30,510 nucleotides of DNA from a virus (taxonomy: Duplodnaviria > Caudoviricetes), in the IMG/VR virus record IMGVR_UViG_3300040971_000040, positions 1-30,510 of that record; one strand, given 5' to 3'. Within the stretch, counting starts at the first letter, position 1, and each line of letters starts with the position of its first letter. This document shows, piece by piece, positions 7,198-17,082 of this stretch. The notes beneath the pieces are model-generated. The model saw nothing but the letters and a program-made list of their open reading frames with translations. It searched no databases and was not told the origin of the DNA. A program made the translations under genes and the position numbers.

Positions 7198-9006
7198 ATG
7201 GTACCATATTAGAAAAGCCCATTTGTCACCAAATCTCCCCCACCTCTTTGTGGCCTCAGCGTAGAGCTTACAATAAGCTGCACTCATCATAATAGCTTCA
7301 TCAGACTGTAGGACATACACTAAGATGGTGTGTTCTGATTCAATGAAGATAGGGCGGCCATCCAATCCCTTCACCCAACCATTGTAATACTCAGGTTTGT
7401 TATACTTACCGATTCTTACTTTCGCATTGCTCTTCCATTCAGCTTGTAAGTCATCCATCAACTTCTGAAATCCGGGAGCAACACCGAAGATGGCCTTCTT
7501 TATTAGCTCCCCAACATCAGCAGACCTACCGACACTCCTACCAAGCTTCCCAGCAGAGGCGCCAAAAAGAGCTGCATAGTTGAGGGTTTTTGCTTCGTGG
7601 TAGGATACGTCGATTCCCGCAATATCCCGTATGGCTCCCTGATTGACATAATGTATGGTGGACTTATCTGCCTTAGTTCCATCAAGAAGCGTTCTCGTGA
7701 AGAATTCATCGCCAACTCGCGCTGCAAGCATTCTATTTTGGCATCCTGCCGAGTCAGTTCCAACAATAACATATCCCGGCTTGCATATGAAACAGGCCCG
7801 CATCTTCTTTCCATAGAACGTCTCCAATCCTGGTACATTAACCACGATAGCATGTTTTGCTCTTCCAGTCGTTGCAAGTCCCGTAACACGTCCATGTATT
7901 CTCCCATCTGCTTGTATGTGAGGAAGCCATCCCTCTATTTGTGAACGACGATGTTTACATTGCACTCGCTTTGCAATCATCTTTCCAATACCTGTTTTCA
8001 GTCCATCAAACGGATCATCCTTTGTTAGTTTGGGGGACGTTCTATTTCCTTCTGCGTCTGTGTTCCATTGAGCTGGCTCCCATCCAAGAGAGAGAAGAAG
8101 CGTTTTAAGCTCGTCAGCAGAGTCCACATCGACAGGCCGTATATTAATACGGCTATGAGGGCCCACAATCCTACCAATATGGCCGCTTGATTCCAAATAC
8201 CGACTAACATGTTGGTTTAGCTTCCCAGACTTGAGGAATGGAGAACGCACAAAAGACACACAATCTGCACGATCACTAGCCAAACCCAAATTGAGTACCA
8301 GGGGTTTCCAATATTGTTCGTTGTTTTCTGCTTTCTTTTCAAGACAAATGAGTCGTAATGGCAGCTTAGGAGCAAGGCGATATGCGATAGTATCAATGAT
8401 GTTCCCAAGATGCTGAATACAACGATTTGCGTGCTGTTTGTCAAATAGCCATCCATATTCCTCCTGTTCCTGTAGGATAGTAAAGAGTCTATGCGTCATA
8501 TCCATAGGGCGATAAGGTTTATCAAACCAGCCACCATACGCTTCAGCTTCCTTTACTAATTCGTTATAGATTAATGTTTGAATTTCTACGTCTTCAGAAC
8601 ATCTGTGGAGCATAGCTTCGGAATAATGTTCCCAATCATGGTGTTCAGGCTTTCCTCTTCCAACTCGATAACCCCAAGCCTCTACACTATGTGGGGCTTT
8701 TTTATAAGGGCAATCAAACGGAACAGGACGATTTGGATTAAGAACACGTGACATAATAAGTGTGTCTATTACTTGGCCTTTATACGAATAACCGAGCAAC
8801 TTACGCATAAGAGGGATGTCAAAACCCACCCCATTATGCATAATTAACACGTCAGTAGTAGCCAAGAAATCAGGAATTTTATACACCTCGTTAGGAGGAA
8901 ACTTAAACACTTCTCCTGTTACAACATCCTTAAAAACTCCACAATGTAAGACGGTAGCTGTGTCTAACAACCCATTTGCTTCAAGATCGCCAACAACAGT
9001 ACGCAT
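7198..9006 (-). CDS. polA: DNA polymerase family A (T7-like, with 3'-5' exonuclease), exon 1; spliced product 653 aa
   Basis: DLEANGL, HNGVGFD, TGR, motif A DSAGCQNR, motif B KTLNYAALFG, LQSDEA; ends WYH at the intron. Confidence 0.96.
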
Positions 9007-9014
9007 AATACTTC

Positions 9015-9500
9015 CTAGTTAAAAATGTCACCGAACTCTTCTTTCAATGCTACTCGAAAGCGTTCAACAGCTTTCCTTGCATTAGCGGGATTCTCACATA
9101 CAACAGCATAGTTCTCACCGCAGACAAGAACACGAAAGAGTATATCCCCATCCTCATGGTCAATAATCTTCTCAAGAACAATCTCCAATGTCGCCTTCAT
9201 ATACAAACGATGCGCTGGGTCTACACCAACAGCCACCTTGTCAGCATATTCAATGCTTGTAGGCGTTGCATTAGCTTTGCGAATAAAGTCAAGACATTCG
9301 CTTTTAAGGCATGTGATAACGTGTGTGTTAAACGATGATAGATGTTCATTCCAGCTTTGCCATGCTTTTGTCAAAGCCCCATAAAGAAGCACATCAAAGT
9401 CTTGAGGATGAATTTCAAATACACTTGTTACAATAGCCCTTGCTCCTCGCATAGCACGAGGATCATTTACAAAACCGAGGATCAAATCATTTGTGTTCAT
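9015..9500 (-). CDS. Phage sigma-70/ECF-like sigma factor
   Basis: DFDVLLYGALTKAWQSWNEHLSSFNTHVITCLKSECLDFIRK resembles sigma region 2; C-terminal ILFRVLVCGENY...ARKAVERFRVALKEEF resembles a shortened region 4. Confidence 0.7.
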   Translation of the reverse strand: MNTNDLILGFVNDPRAMRGARAIVTSVFEIHPQDFDVLLYGALTKAWQSWNEHLSSFNTHVITCLKSECLDFIRKANATPTSIEYADKVAVGVDPAHRLYMKATLEIVLEKIIDHEDGDILFRVLVCGENYAVVCENPANARKAVERFRVALKEEFGDIFN

Positions 9501-11166
9501 TTATTATCTCGCTGAATAGCCCTGTTTTATTGTTCCAATACAAGCTCACCTTATCGCTGCTACCAAATTCACGGTCCTCAAGGATAACAAGATGGCGTAT
9601 GTTCCTTAATTCAACATCAAGATTAGGGTCTTTATTACCCTCAATGCCAATCATGTAATTACAACTTCTCATCATTGCACGGCTACCAGTAAACTGTGTC
9701 GACATAACATTACCCCCACGTTCGTGTGGGAGCCCAGAAGTAGGAGCTTTAAGGTGACAAAAGATGTAACTTGTGAATTGCAAGTCCTTAGCAAGAGCCG
9801 ATAGTTCAGCAGCCATGCTTGTAAGGAATTCATTCGCCTCAGCAGAGGACATTTGGTTTGTGAAACAAGTGATGGGGTCAATGATAATATCCTCAACCCC
9901 CTCGTTAGTGACAACATAACGGATGTCATCTTTCAAACTGTCCCAATTTACAAACTGATAACTGTCAAGGATAATTGCCTTATCCCCAATCATCCCCTCA
10001 TACTGGTCATATGCTTCTGCATCAAATTCAATATTCGGATCGTGAAAGATGCGGCCTGCTGCTTTTCCTACAAGATTCTTATAGGTTCTTGCTGGGTCTT
10101 GTTCAGGTTTCACCATAAAAACAGGGAGTTTATCGGCCAGAATAATGTGAGCAGCAATGCTGTCAACAATTTCTGATTTTCCCATTTTTACGCCGCTACC
10201 AAAGTAGTATGTCTCGCCTCTTCTACGGCCCCTTGTAGCCTTCGTAAGTCCTTCCCAAGGCCAAGGTCTACCAACTTCAGGCTTCTTCTTAGCGGCCTCA
10301 CTGAGACTGCTTCCTAGGATGATTTTTGTATTCTTAGGAGTGGAGGGCCTCCACCTTACAGCGTTAGTACACTCACTAACCAATCCACTCATGAGACATT
10401 CGTTCGCATCCTTGGCAGGAAGCTCTGCTATAAACACCCCGGGATAGAGTCTAGCAAAAACATCTGCTGCTTCCTTACCGGGCTTATCGTTGTCAGGGAT
10501 AAACACTACTTCAGGAAAGAGCTGGCGGATAGAGTGTGCCATTTTTGTAACAACCTTTGCAACACTAGAACACCCATTCGGGAGCGAGCAAACAGCAGGT
10601 TCGAGATGTCCCCATTTTGTCCCCATAACAGCGTCTTTCAACATCTGGTAAAGGGCAACAGTATCGAACTCCCCTTCAGTGATGTAGAGGCGTTTAGCCC
10701 CTGACTGTTTAGCCACTTCCCAACCAAATAAATCTACATCCTTCATCCTCCCTATGCTCCACATTCTCTTTTCAGAAAGAAGCCTTACCTTGTAAGCAAC
10801 CAATTCTCCGTCTTTTGTTTCAGGAAAATAAACTGTTTCAGGAGAAAGCCCATCAACACCAGACATTCCACAACGAATCCCATAATGCTCAAGGCTACTT
10901 TTGCGAAGACCTCGTAGAGCAGTGAGGTCTGCCGCTTGAAGAGCCTGAATGTCAGCCAACTCTTGAGCAATTTCATCATCGGTTCTTCGTTTAACTTGTG
11001 GCTTGTGTCCCGGAATAGCTTCGTATGGATGCGCCACATACGTTTTACACGCAAAGCAATAGCCGTCATAACTTCCATCCTCTTGTTGAAATACTTGTAA
11101 GCCATCAAGACTTCCACAGGAATGTGGAAGCCGTTCAACACAGGCTCCAGCCTTTCCTTTAGCCAT
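9487..11166 (-). CDS. Primase-helicase (T7 gp4-like)
   Basis: Zinc domain HSCGS..YCFAC; TOPRIM ITEGEFD, DNDKPG, KDANE; Walker A GSGVKMGKS; IIIDPIT; HLK. Confidence 0.96.
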   Translation of the reverse strand: MAKGKAGACVERLPHSCGSLDGLQVFQQEDGSYDGYCFACKTYVAHPYEAIPGHKPQVKRRTDDEIAQELADIQALQAADLTALRGLRKSSLEHYGIRCGMSGVDGLSPETVYFPETKDGELVAYKVRLLSEKRMWSIGRMKDVDLFGWEVAKQSGAKRLYITEGEFDTVALYQMLKDAVMGTKWGHLEPAVCSLPNGCSSVAKVVTKMAHSIRQLFPEVVFIPDNDKPGKEAADVFARLYPGVFIAELPAKDANECLMSGLVSECTNAVRWRPSTPKNTKIILGSSLSEAAKKKPEVGRPWPWEGLTKATRGRRRGETYYFGSGVKMGKSEIVDSIAAHIILADKLPVFMVKPEQDPARTYKNLVGKAAGRIFHDPNIEFDAEAYDQYEGMIGDKAIILDSYQFVNWDSLKDDIRYVVTNEGVEDIIIDPITCFTNQMSSAEANEFLTSMAAELSALAKDLQFTSYIFCHLKAPTSGLPHERGGNVMSTQFTGSRAMMRSCNYMIGIEGNKDPNLDVELRNIRHLVILEDREFGSSDKVSLYWNNKTGLFSEIINEHK

Positions 11167-11368
11167 TCATATTCTCCTCCTCAATAAAGCTATATGCCAA
11201 TTTCAGAACATTCTTCTTTATCTCCTTTTCTTTCTCTGTGCATTTTCGACAGTACCAAGAATCGTCCTCATTAGAAAAGGGAGTGTCAGGTGTGTGTTCG
11301 TGTTTACAAAACCCTAAAGAAATATCTTTATAGGGAACAAACCTCCCACAAGAAACACATCGAATCAT
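11159..11368 (-). CDS. Small zinc-finger protein
   Basis: CVSCG...CRKC; SD AGGAGGAG. Confidence 0.75.
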   Translation of the reverse strand: MIRCVSCGRFVPYKDISLGFCKHEHTPDTPFSNEDDSWYCRKCTEKEKEIKKNVLKLAYSFIEEENMNG

Positions 11369-11380
11369 TTCTCCTCCTTA

Positions 11381-11551
11381 TTATGCAAACTCACCTAGCC
11401 AATAGTCTTCTTTGTATTTTACGAGGTCCTCGTCTCGACAGTCGCATCCCCAATACACAAAACTGTCGTAGTAGCCTTTAAATTCAACAACCGCCATCCT
11501 CTTTTTACAAAGAGGGCAAATCGGGTTGTCTTTAATATTATGTTCGCTCAT
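11381..11551 (-). CDS. Small zinc-finger protein (56 aa)
   Basis: Start MSEHNIK at 11551 (SD GGAG); CPLCK...GCDC. Confidence 0.7.
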   Translation of the reverse strand: MSEHNIKDNPICPLCKKRMAVVEFKGYYDSFVYWGCDCRDEDLVKYKEDYWLGEFA

Positions 11552-11789
11552 CTCCCCTCCCCGACCTCTCGGCCAGTAATTCAGCAACCTCTTCAGCGTG
11601 ATACGTGTCCATGTCAGTAGGGACTATATCGACATATCGCCCCTCTACCGTGTCGTGATGCCCAGCGTGGTAGCCTGAGTTGTAGATGTGGGTTGCCGCC
11701 TCCCTCGACGCGGCGAGTTCCTCTTTGAGGTTTTTAATCCTCTCCTCATATTCAGGGCAATATATTGCACGTTTATAATATTTACTCAT
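11538..11789 (-). CDS. Hypothetical protein (83 aa)
   Basis: SD AAGGAGGAG; first gene after promoter motif copy 2. Confidence 0.75.
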   Translation of the reverse strand: MSKYYKRAIYCPEYEERIKNLKEELAASREAATHIYNSGYHAGHHDTVEGRYVDIVPTDMDTYHAEEVAELLAERSGRGDERT

Positions 11790-11803
11790 ATCTCCTCCTT
11801 ATT

Positions 11804-11834
11804 TATTATACGTAGTAGGAACAAGAATGTGACA
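11804..11834 (-). promoter_or_regulatory. Phage promoter motif, copy 2 (head of the replication module)
   Basis: TGTCACA-TTCTTGTTCCTAC-TACGTATAATA, intergenic, just before a strong SD. Confidence 0.8.
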
Positions 11835-11835
11835 A

Positions 11836-12828
11836 TTAAAATTCAATGTCCTCAGCATTAACAGGACGAGGCCATGCAGGCCATTCGCCATGATTAGGAT
11901 GAAGAAGCTCATTAATTCCACGATCTTCGTGTACCTTAAATACAGGGATGTCTTCAGGAATTATCCTCTTTCTTGGTCTAGGGGCAGGTACTTCATCTCG
12001 GATAAGGAAGGGCCCCTCTTCACGACCAACAATAGCCCTAAAGAATTGAGCATAAATATCCGAGGTTGTTTCAGCAATACCCGGGGCTGTATTCACTTCC
12101 AATACAAAAGCCCTCTTCATAGAGGCGTTCCAAATAATATCAACTGCTCCGAAGTCTAAACCAAGTGCGGCTACAGCGGCGATAGCTTGCGCTTTAGCTG
12201 AAGAAGGAATCAAATCACGTTCAAGAGCAGGAGTGCCATCCATATTAAACTTCTTAGGGTTGTATCTTTGGAAGATAAAACCATTGTCGTGGTTTCTCAC
12301 CTTCCAATTTACGTTCTCCTTGTCAGGATGATCCTCACTCAACACCTTTCTTGTAGCGTCTACAACTACACCATTGAACACATGTACACGCCATTCAGAT
12401 TTCTTAGGGATGTATCGTGTGTAGAGAGGGGCTTCTACAAGTTCTTCGGGAGTGTCCATAATAACAATCCCCTTACCCCCATGACCATTGAGAATGGTGC
12501 GAGCGAGTACACAATAACCATTCTCAAGCCACGCTCTAGCCACCCTAATGTGCTCAGTCACTTCAGGGGTATTCACCCCAATAGCAGCCAACACATTGAA
12601 AGCCTCCTTCTTATTAGAAGCTTTCTTAACAGCGTCAAATTGGTTGATAACCTTAGCCTCTGCGGGGATGTGTTCAGGACGTTCAGGGCAGCCCCAATTG
12701 ATAACAGTGTTGTCTTCCTTGTGACGATAACGGGAGTTCTCTCTACGGATACGCATACATTTCAGTTTGTCCGCAAGAATATTGGCGCTTTCAGATGCCA
12801 TATTGTAAGGCATAATTACGAGTCCCAT
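11836..12828 (-). CDS. ATP-grasp peptide ligase (RimK-like)
   Basis: NKKEAF, GHGGKGIV, EWRVHV, LGLDFGAVDI, VLEVNTAPG. Confidence 0.92.
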   Translation of the reverse strand: MGLVIMPYNMASESANILADKLKCMRIRRENSRYRHKEDNTVINWGCPERPEHIPAEAKVINQFDAVKKASNKKEAFNVLAAIGVNTPEVTEHIRVARAWLENGYCVLARTILNGHGGKGIVIMDTPEELVEAPLYTRYIPKKSEWRVHVFNGVVVDATRKVLSEDHPDKENVNWKVRNHDNGFIFQRYNPKKFNMDGTPALERDLIPSSAKAQAIAAVAALGLDFGAVDIIWNASMKRAFVLEVNTAPGIAETTSDIYAQFFRAIVGREEGPFLIRDEVPAPRPRKRIIPEDIPVFKVHEDRGINELLHPNHGEWPAWPRPVNAEDIEF

Positions 12829-12836
12829 AAAACCTC

Positions 12837-13661
12837 CTATATATCTATGTTGGGTTCATCAGTGAAAGAAAACTTCTCAAAGTCACAAGAGTCTACAATA
12901 AGAGCGCAACGGAAAGCATTCTCAAGAATAACACGTTCAATATCAGGGAATGCCCTAATAAAATGGTCTTCAGGGAAAAGAGAAGCTGTAAATTCCTCAT
13001 CTTTCAACACAAGATCAATGAGTTTTTTAGGGCTGCTAACCTCAATAGCCTTGTCTCTCAGGGCTTGGAGGGTGGCAAGCCATGTACCAAGCACATCCAA
13101 GTCCATTGTTCCACGCATTGACCTGAACTCAACACTGCCATATTTGTTTGTTGCTGCTGTATTAACAGCGGAATAGCGTACATCATCATTGAGATATTGA
13201 ATATGCCCTTCCCTTGCACATTTCTCCAATATAAACATAAGCCCTTCAGCATCTCGGGAAGAAAGACAGAACAGGTTGCCCTTGCGGGAGTCTCCGCAAT
13301 AGTTAATCATAACCTCTTCATACAGCACCCAAAGGAAGAGGAATGTAAACCATTGTGGGAGGGTCATATCTGTTACGTTAACATGAACATGGACAGATGT
13401 ACGTTCACTAAATACAACATGCTTGGAGCCGTCTAACGCCCCTTTCAAGTTAGTGAGGGCTTCAAGAGACTGCTCAAAATTCATAGGCTTTCTGAATACA
13501 AACTCTCGCCCTATTTCCCCATCTACAGCCCTAAGACTACCTTCTTGCACAACTGCAAACTTGTCCACCTCACGAGGGAGACCCACCCCTTCCACTTCAA
13601 CTTCGACCCCAAAAAGGCAGCCCTTGAAAGTCTTACGGCCTAACAAATCTCCAATTTGCAT
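12837..13661 (-). CDS. Amidoligase (COOH-NH2 ligase, glutamine-synthetase-like fold)
   Basis: FGVEVEVE, EGSLR, EFV, SVHVHVN, RYSAVN, GSVEFR; start MQIG at 13661. Confidence 0.88.
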   Translation of the reverse strand: MQIGDLLGRKTFKGCLFGVEVEVEGVGLPREVDKFAVVQEGSLRAVDGEIGREFVFRKPMNFEQSLEALTNLKGALDGSKHVVFSERTSVHVHVNVTDMTLPQWFTFLFLWVLYEEVMINYCGDSRKGNLFCLSSRDAEGLMFILEKCAREGHIQYLNDDVRYSAVNTAATNKYGSVEFRSMRGTMDLDVLGTWLATLQALRDKAIEVSSPKKLIDLVLKDEEFTASLFPEDHFIRAFPDIERVILENAFRCALIVDSCDFEKFSFTDEPNIDI

Positions 13662-14247
13662 TGAACACCCCCTTAAAAGGATAACACTCAAATGATGGTG
13701 AGGTAATAGTTACAATACGTTCCCCATCTGTATGTTTAATTTTACCGATTTCCATTGTTTTATAATATAACGCCACTTTAGACACAGCAATATCACGAGA
13801 GAAAGGAGTCAGAACTTTTTTGTCTCTTCCTTCACTGAGGGATACAGAGTAGCGATCTTCCGCTCCTCCATAATTAGCCAGAATACAGCGGCTAATCTGG
13901 GAGATGCCAACATTATTTCTCACAGTTGAACCTGTAAGGGGATTATAGAGCATAAGCCGTTGGACATCCAACCCTTGTTTCTGCCTACGAGCAGGCATTC
14001 GGCAAGCATACATGTACGAGGGACCATAACCTGTTATGTATGAGATGTATCCAAGAGGTGGGGAAGTCAGATCAATAGCAGGATTGTCAAGACACACCTT
14101 TTTCTCTACACCTTCATGGCAATCAGACATGTAAACCCATATCCCGCCTTTGTGTGTAAACAGCTCTTTCACATACATAGGTTCGCCCATAAACCTAATG
14201 ATTGTATGTCTTAGACGCATTTCTGCATCTTGCACATTATCATACAC
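13633..14247 (-). CDS. Hypothetical protein of the amidoligase cluster (204 aa)
   Basis: SD GGAGG; embedded between the two ligase genes; PLGY...RMPARRQKQGL. Confidence 0.75.
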   Translation of the reverse strand: MYDNVQDAEMRLRHTIIRFMGEPMYVKELFTHKGGIWVYMSDCHEGVEKKVCLDNPAIDLTSPPLGYISYITGYGPSYMYACRMPARRQKQGLDVQRLMLYNPLTGSTVRNNVGISQISRCILANYGGAEDRYSVSLSEGRDKKVLTPFSRDIAVSKVALYYKTMEIGKIKHTDGERIVTITSPSFECYPFKGVFNANWRFVRP

Positions 14248-15034
14248 GAGGAACCTCCAACGAATAGTGGTCGATGATAGCTAAAGCCCCGTCAATATCC
14301 GAATTGTTGATGATTTCCTGGATGTCCCCCTCAATTTCAGGGAGGAAATAATCCTTAACAAACATATCCTCAACAGCACGCTTTGAAGCACGATATACCC
14401 AACCCTGCAATCGAGGATCAGTGAGCCAGAAGTTACTGAGTACACGATACTCCATGCCATACGGTTTAACACGGAAGGCGCCAGCCTTGCCATATAGTTC
14501 ACGTCGTGTCTTGTCAGCGTCGACAAGGAGAGAAGGAAGGCCGAGATAGAAGTCAAGCTGCCGAGCTACAGCACCAGCCTCAAAGAAATATCTGGGATTA
14601 TGAATGTCACGCATGTCATCCCAGCCAACATGCACATGACCGGAAGCAGTGCGGAAAGGACGATCACCATCGGGCCGTGGGTTGGGCTCCATAGTCCAAC
14701 CGTTAAAGTCCGGGTCACAACCGAGTTCGAGGGCTTCCTCCGGCTGGGCCTGCAAATATTCCAATCCGAAATATGCGACAGGGGAGATGAAGAATTCATG
14801 GGGAATCATCCCCTTCATCTGCTTCATAACATGGTCGATGTTTTCGATGAACATCGCCTCATTGATGGCAGGATCAATGTTAAATTCAAGGGCCATACCG
14901 TCAACCTGCACAGCCCCTTTCTCTACCTTGTGAGGATTCTTCTTCGTACCCGGAATCATATTCCAAGCAGAGATCAGATTGCCAGCAACATCTTTAACAA
15001 ACAACTCAGGATCAGCTCCGATCAAGATATTCAT
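14240..15034 (-). CDS. phiEco32-like COOH-NH2 ligase type 2
   Basis: IGADPELF, VQVDGMALEFN, LGCDPD, RTASGHVHVG, RRELYGKAGAFRVKPYGMEYRVLSNFW. Confidence 0.93.
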   Translation of the reverse strand: MNILIGADPELFVKDVAGNLISAWNMIPGTKKNPHKVEKGAVQVDGMALEFNIDPAINEAMFIENIDHVMKQMKGMIPHEFFISPVAYFGLEYLQAQPEEALELGCDPDFNGWTMEPNPRPDGDRPFRTASGHVHVGWDDMRDIHNPRYFFEAGAVARQLDFYLGLPSLLVDADKTRRELYGKAGAFRVKPYGMEYRVLSNFWLTDPRLQGWVYRASKRAVEDMFVKDYFLPEIEGDIQEIINNSDIDGALAIIDHYSLEVPRV

Positions 15035-15043
15035 ATACCCCCC

Positions 15044-16459
15044 TTATTGGATACCGATAAAATCACGGTTGAATAAATGGTTTACAACAGTTGGAAAACA
15101 ATTAGAACAATAACTTTCGTCTTTATCAGAGGTGATATACACTTCTTCACCCTTGCCGTGAAGACCGCCACACCAATCGCAGAAATATCTGCGGCCATGT
15201 TCGGATGTCCACGCACCGTTTCTTCCAGCGAATGCCTGCCGACATCTCATGCATGTCTTCTTTTTTTTGAAGATGCAGTTCACGCTGCATTTTATGTCGG
15301 CTGTGTCAAAAAGGGCGTCATCTTCTCCTTCTTTTGTTTCTCTTGCCATTTCGTCAATGAGTTTGGCAAGTTCCTTATCCTCTTTCTTATCATCAAGAGA
15401 AATAGGCTTACCGTTCTTCCCGATAGCTTTATGTACACCCACAACCTTCACTTCAAACTCAAGGACACCTCCTATGTAGGCACGAGTGATTACATTCACT
15501 GTGCCTCTATACACTTGGTATTTGTCTTTCAAGTCTACAGCAGGCTGCATACCATCAGCTTTAATGTAGGATACACGAATGTTAACACGGTCATCAAGAG
15601 GACTCCACCCCTCGAAGATAATAAAATTATTTCGTTCTTGTGAACTGTCAAACATACAATCAATTTGTTTGCCAACAGTAAGCCAATCGGGGAAGCCCTC
15701 CCTATTTGCTGCGTTCTGAGCAGCAGGCTTGTAGACATACTGAACAACAGGGCGAGGAGGAATCTTCTCTTCTTCGAGTTTCAATACAGCGCCCTTCTTA
15801 TAGGGATCACCAAGAGACAGCTTGAACAGCGTGTCTACAGACATGAGAGTGGGTGCACCAGCAAAACTAATACCATTCCTGTGAGCTGCTGCATACAACA
15901 TATAAAACTCACTAGCCCACATCACCACTTTACGATCTTTATCGAAAGCAACATACAGAGGGCGGTCTTTATTCCGTAAGAAGTTGAGAGTGGCTTTTTC
16001 TGAGTCCCACCATACAAGGGCAGCAGCTCCCCACAACTTTTGCCACAAATCGACATAACCCTTTTTCGATATGTGATAAAAGATATTATCGCTATCTACA
16101 TCGAATTTATGATGGTCTTCAAAGTCTCGCCGATAAGATACAGTTCCGTTATGTACACCAGTGATATGTTCGTGTGTAAACGGATGAGCATTCATCACAT
16201 TTACATCCCCAACGGTTGCCCATCTATTATGGCCGAGCAATACACGATGGCTCCCAGCCAATAGCTTTTTATAGTCAGGATGACGGATCAAATCAACAGG
16301 ATTAGCTAGGGTTTTCAACACTTCAGGTGTGTTAGTTGTGCCGATACGTGTTACACCAATACTGTCGAATCCTCGTAACTGATTCATAACAAGAAGGTCG
16401 TTAAAAACCCTCTCATGTTTAACCGCTAAGTCCCCGGCTACTCCTACAATACCGCACAT
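15044..16459 (-). CDS. Class II (Ntn) glutamine amidotransferase with Cys-rich C-terminal extension
   Basis: MCGIVG, RGFDSIG, GHNRWAT, NAHPF, HNGT, DVDSD; several C-terminal CxxC pairs. Confidence 0.93.
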   Translation of the reverse strand: MCGIVGVAGDLAVKHERVFNDLLVMNQLRGFDSIGVTRIGTTNTPEVLKTLANPVDLIRHPDYKKLLAGSHRVLLGHNRWATVGDVNVMNAHPFTHEHITGVHNGTVSYRRDFEDHHKFDVDSDNIFYHISKKGYVDLWQKLWGAAALVWWDSEKATLNFLRNKDRPLYVAFDKDRKVVMWASEFYMLYAAAHRNGISFAGAPTLMSVDTLFKLSLGDPYKKGAVLKLEEEKIPPRPVVQYVYKPAAQNAANREGFPDWLTVGKQIDCMFDSSQERNNFIIFEGWSPLDDRVNIRVSYIKADGMQPAVDLKDKYQVYRGTVNVITRAYIGGVLEFEVKVVGVHKAIGKNGKPISLDDKKEDKELAKLIDEMARETKEGEDDALFDTADIKCSVNCIFKKKKTCMRCRQAFAGRNGAWTSEHGRRYFCDWCGGLHGKGEEVYITSDKDESYCSNCFPTVVNHLFNRDFIGIQ

Positions 16460-17082
16460 TATTCACCTACCTTTAGCTTCAGATATTTGTTGATGAATGA
16501 GAAGAACACTTCTCTTGTTTCATGGGCGTTAGGAAATTCAGGATGGGGCTGAAAACAAAGGCACTTTTGATGATGATAGATAGCCGCCTCAATTCCTAGA
16601 ATGTAGGATTTTGTGTCATCATACGTCCTCACTTCCTGTACCGTATCGGCTTGCATAATCACAATAGCCTGATCGGAGGGCATCATCATTTGATGGTGAG
16701 TAGATGTTACGTTAATACGAGAAACATTCTCCTCATCAAGCCTCTCTGCTACATGTGTTCCGTAGATGGCATGACCATCAACATCCTGATACATTGCCCC
16801 ACCACACATAACATTCAGGAATTGGCCCCCTCTACAAATACCGACCATCGGGATGGATCGATTAAGAGCGTCAGTGAACATAACGATTTCTTGCAGGTCA
16901 CGCTTCAAATCGAAATGTGTTGTCCTATGAGTCTTTTCACCATACAAAGCAGGGCATACATCGGCCCCGCCAGTGAAGCAGACAAGATCGGCCTTGTTCA
17001 AAGAGCCAGCAATCTCCCATCCTTCACACATAAACATACGTTCAACACCAGAATGTCCACCTACTACGTATACTTTAGGCAT
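16459..17082 (-). CDS. Class I glutamine amidotransferase-like / peptidase C26 (gamma-glutamyl hydrolase)
   Basis: FTGGADV, GICRGGQ (catalytic Cys), STHHQ, FQPHPE (His-Glu). Confidence 0.92.
   Translation of the reverse strand: MPKVYVVGGHSGVERMFMCEGWEIAGSLNKADLVCFTGGADVCPALYGEKTHRTTHFDLKRDLQEIVMFTDALNRSIPMVGICRGGQFLNVMCGGAMYQDVDGHAIYGTHVAERLDEENVSRINVTSTHHQMMMPSDQAIVIMQADTVQEVRTYDDTKSYILGIEAAIYHHQKCLCFQPHPEFPNAHETREVFFSFINKYLKLKVGE

Noticed and set aside
7192-7200. Polymerase as a truncated pseudogene, frameshift or intein
   Set aside because: In-frame stop and complete group I RNA elements; precise splicing restores HDE
12268-13176. 302-aa plus-strand ORF and other long plus-strand ORFs within 1-21300
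   Set aside because: Antisense shadows of well-supported minus-strand genes; no SD or recognisable motifs
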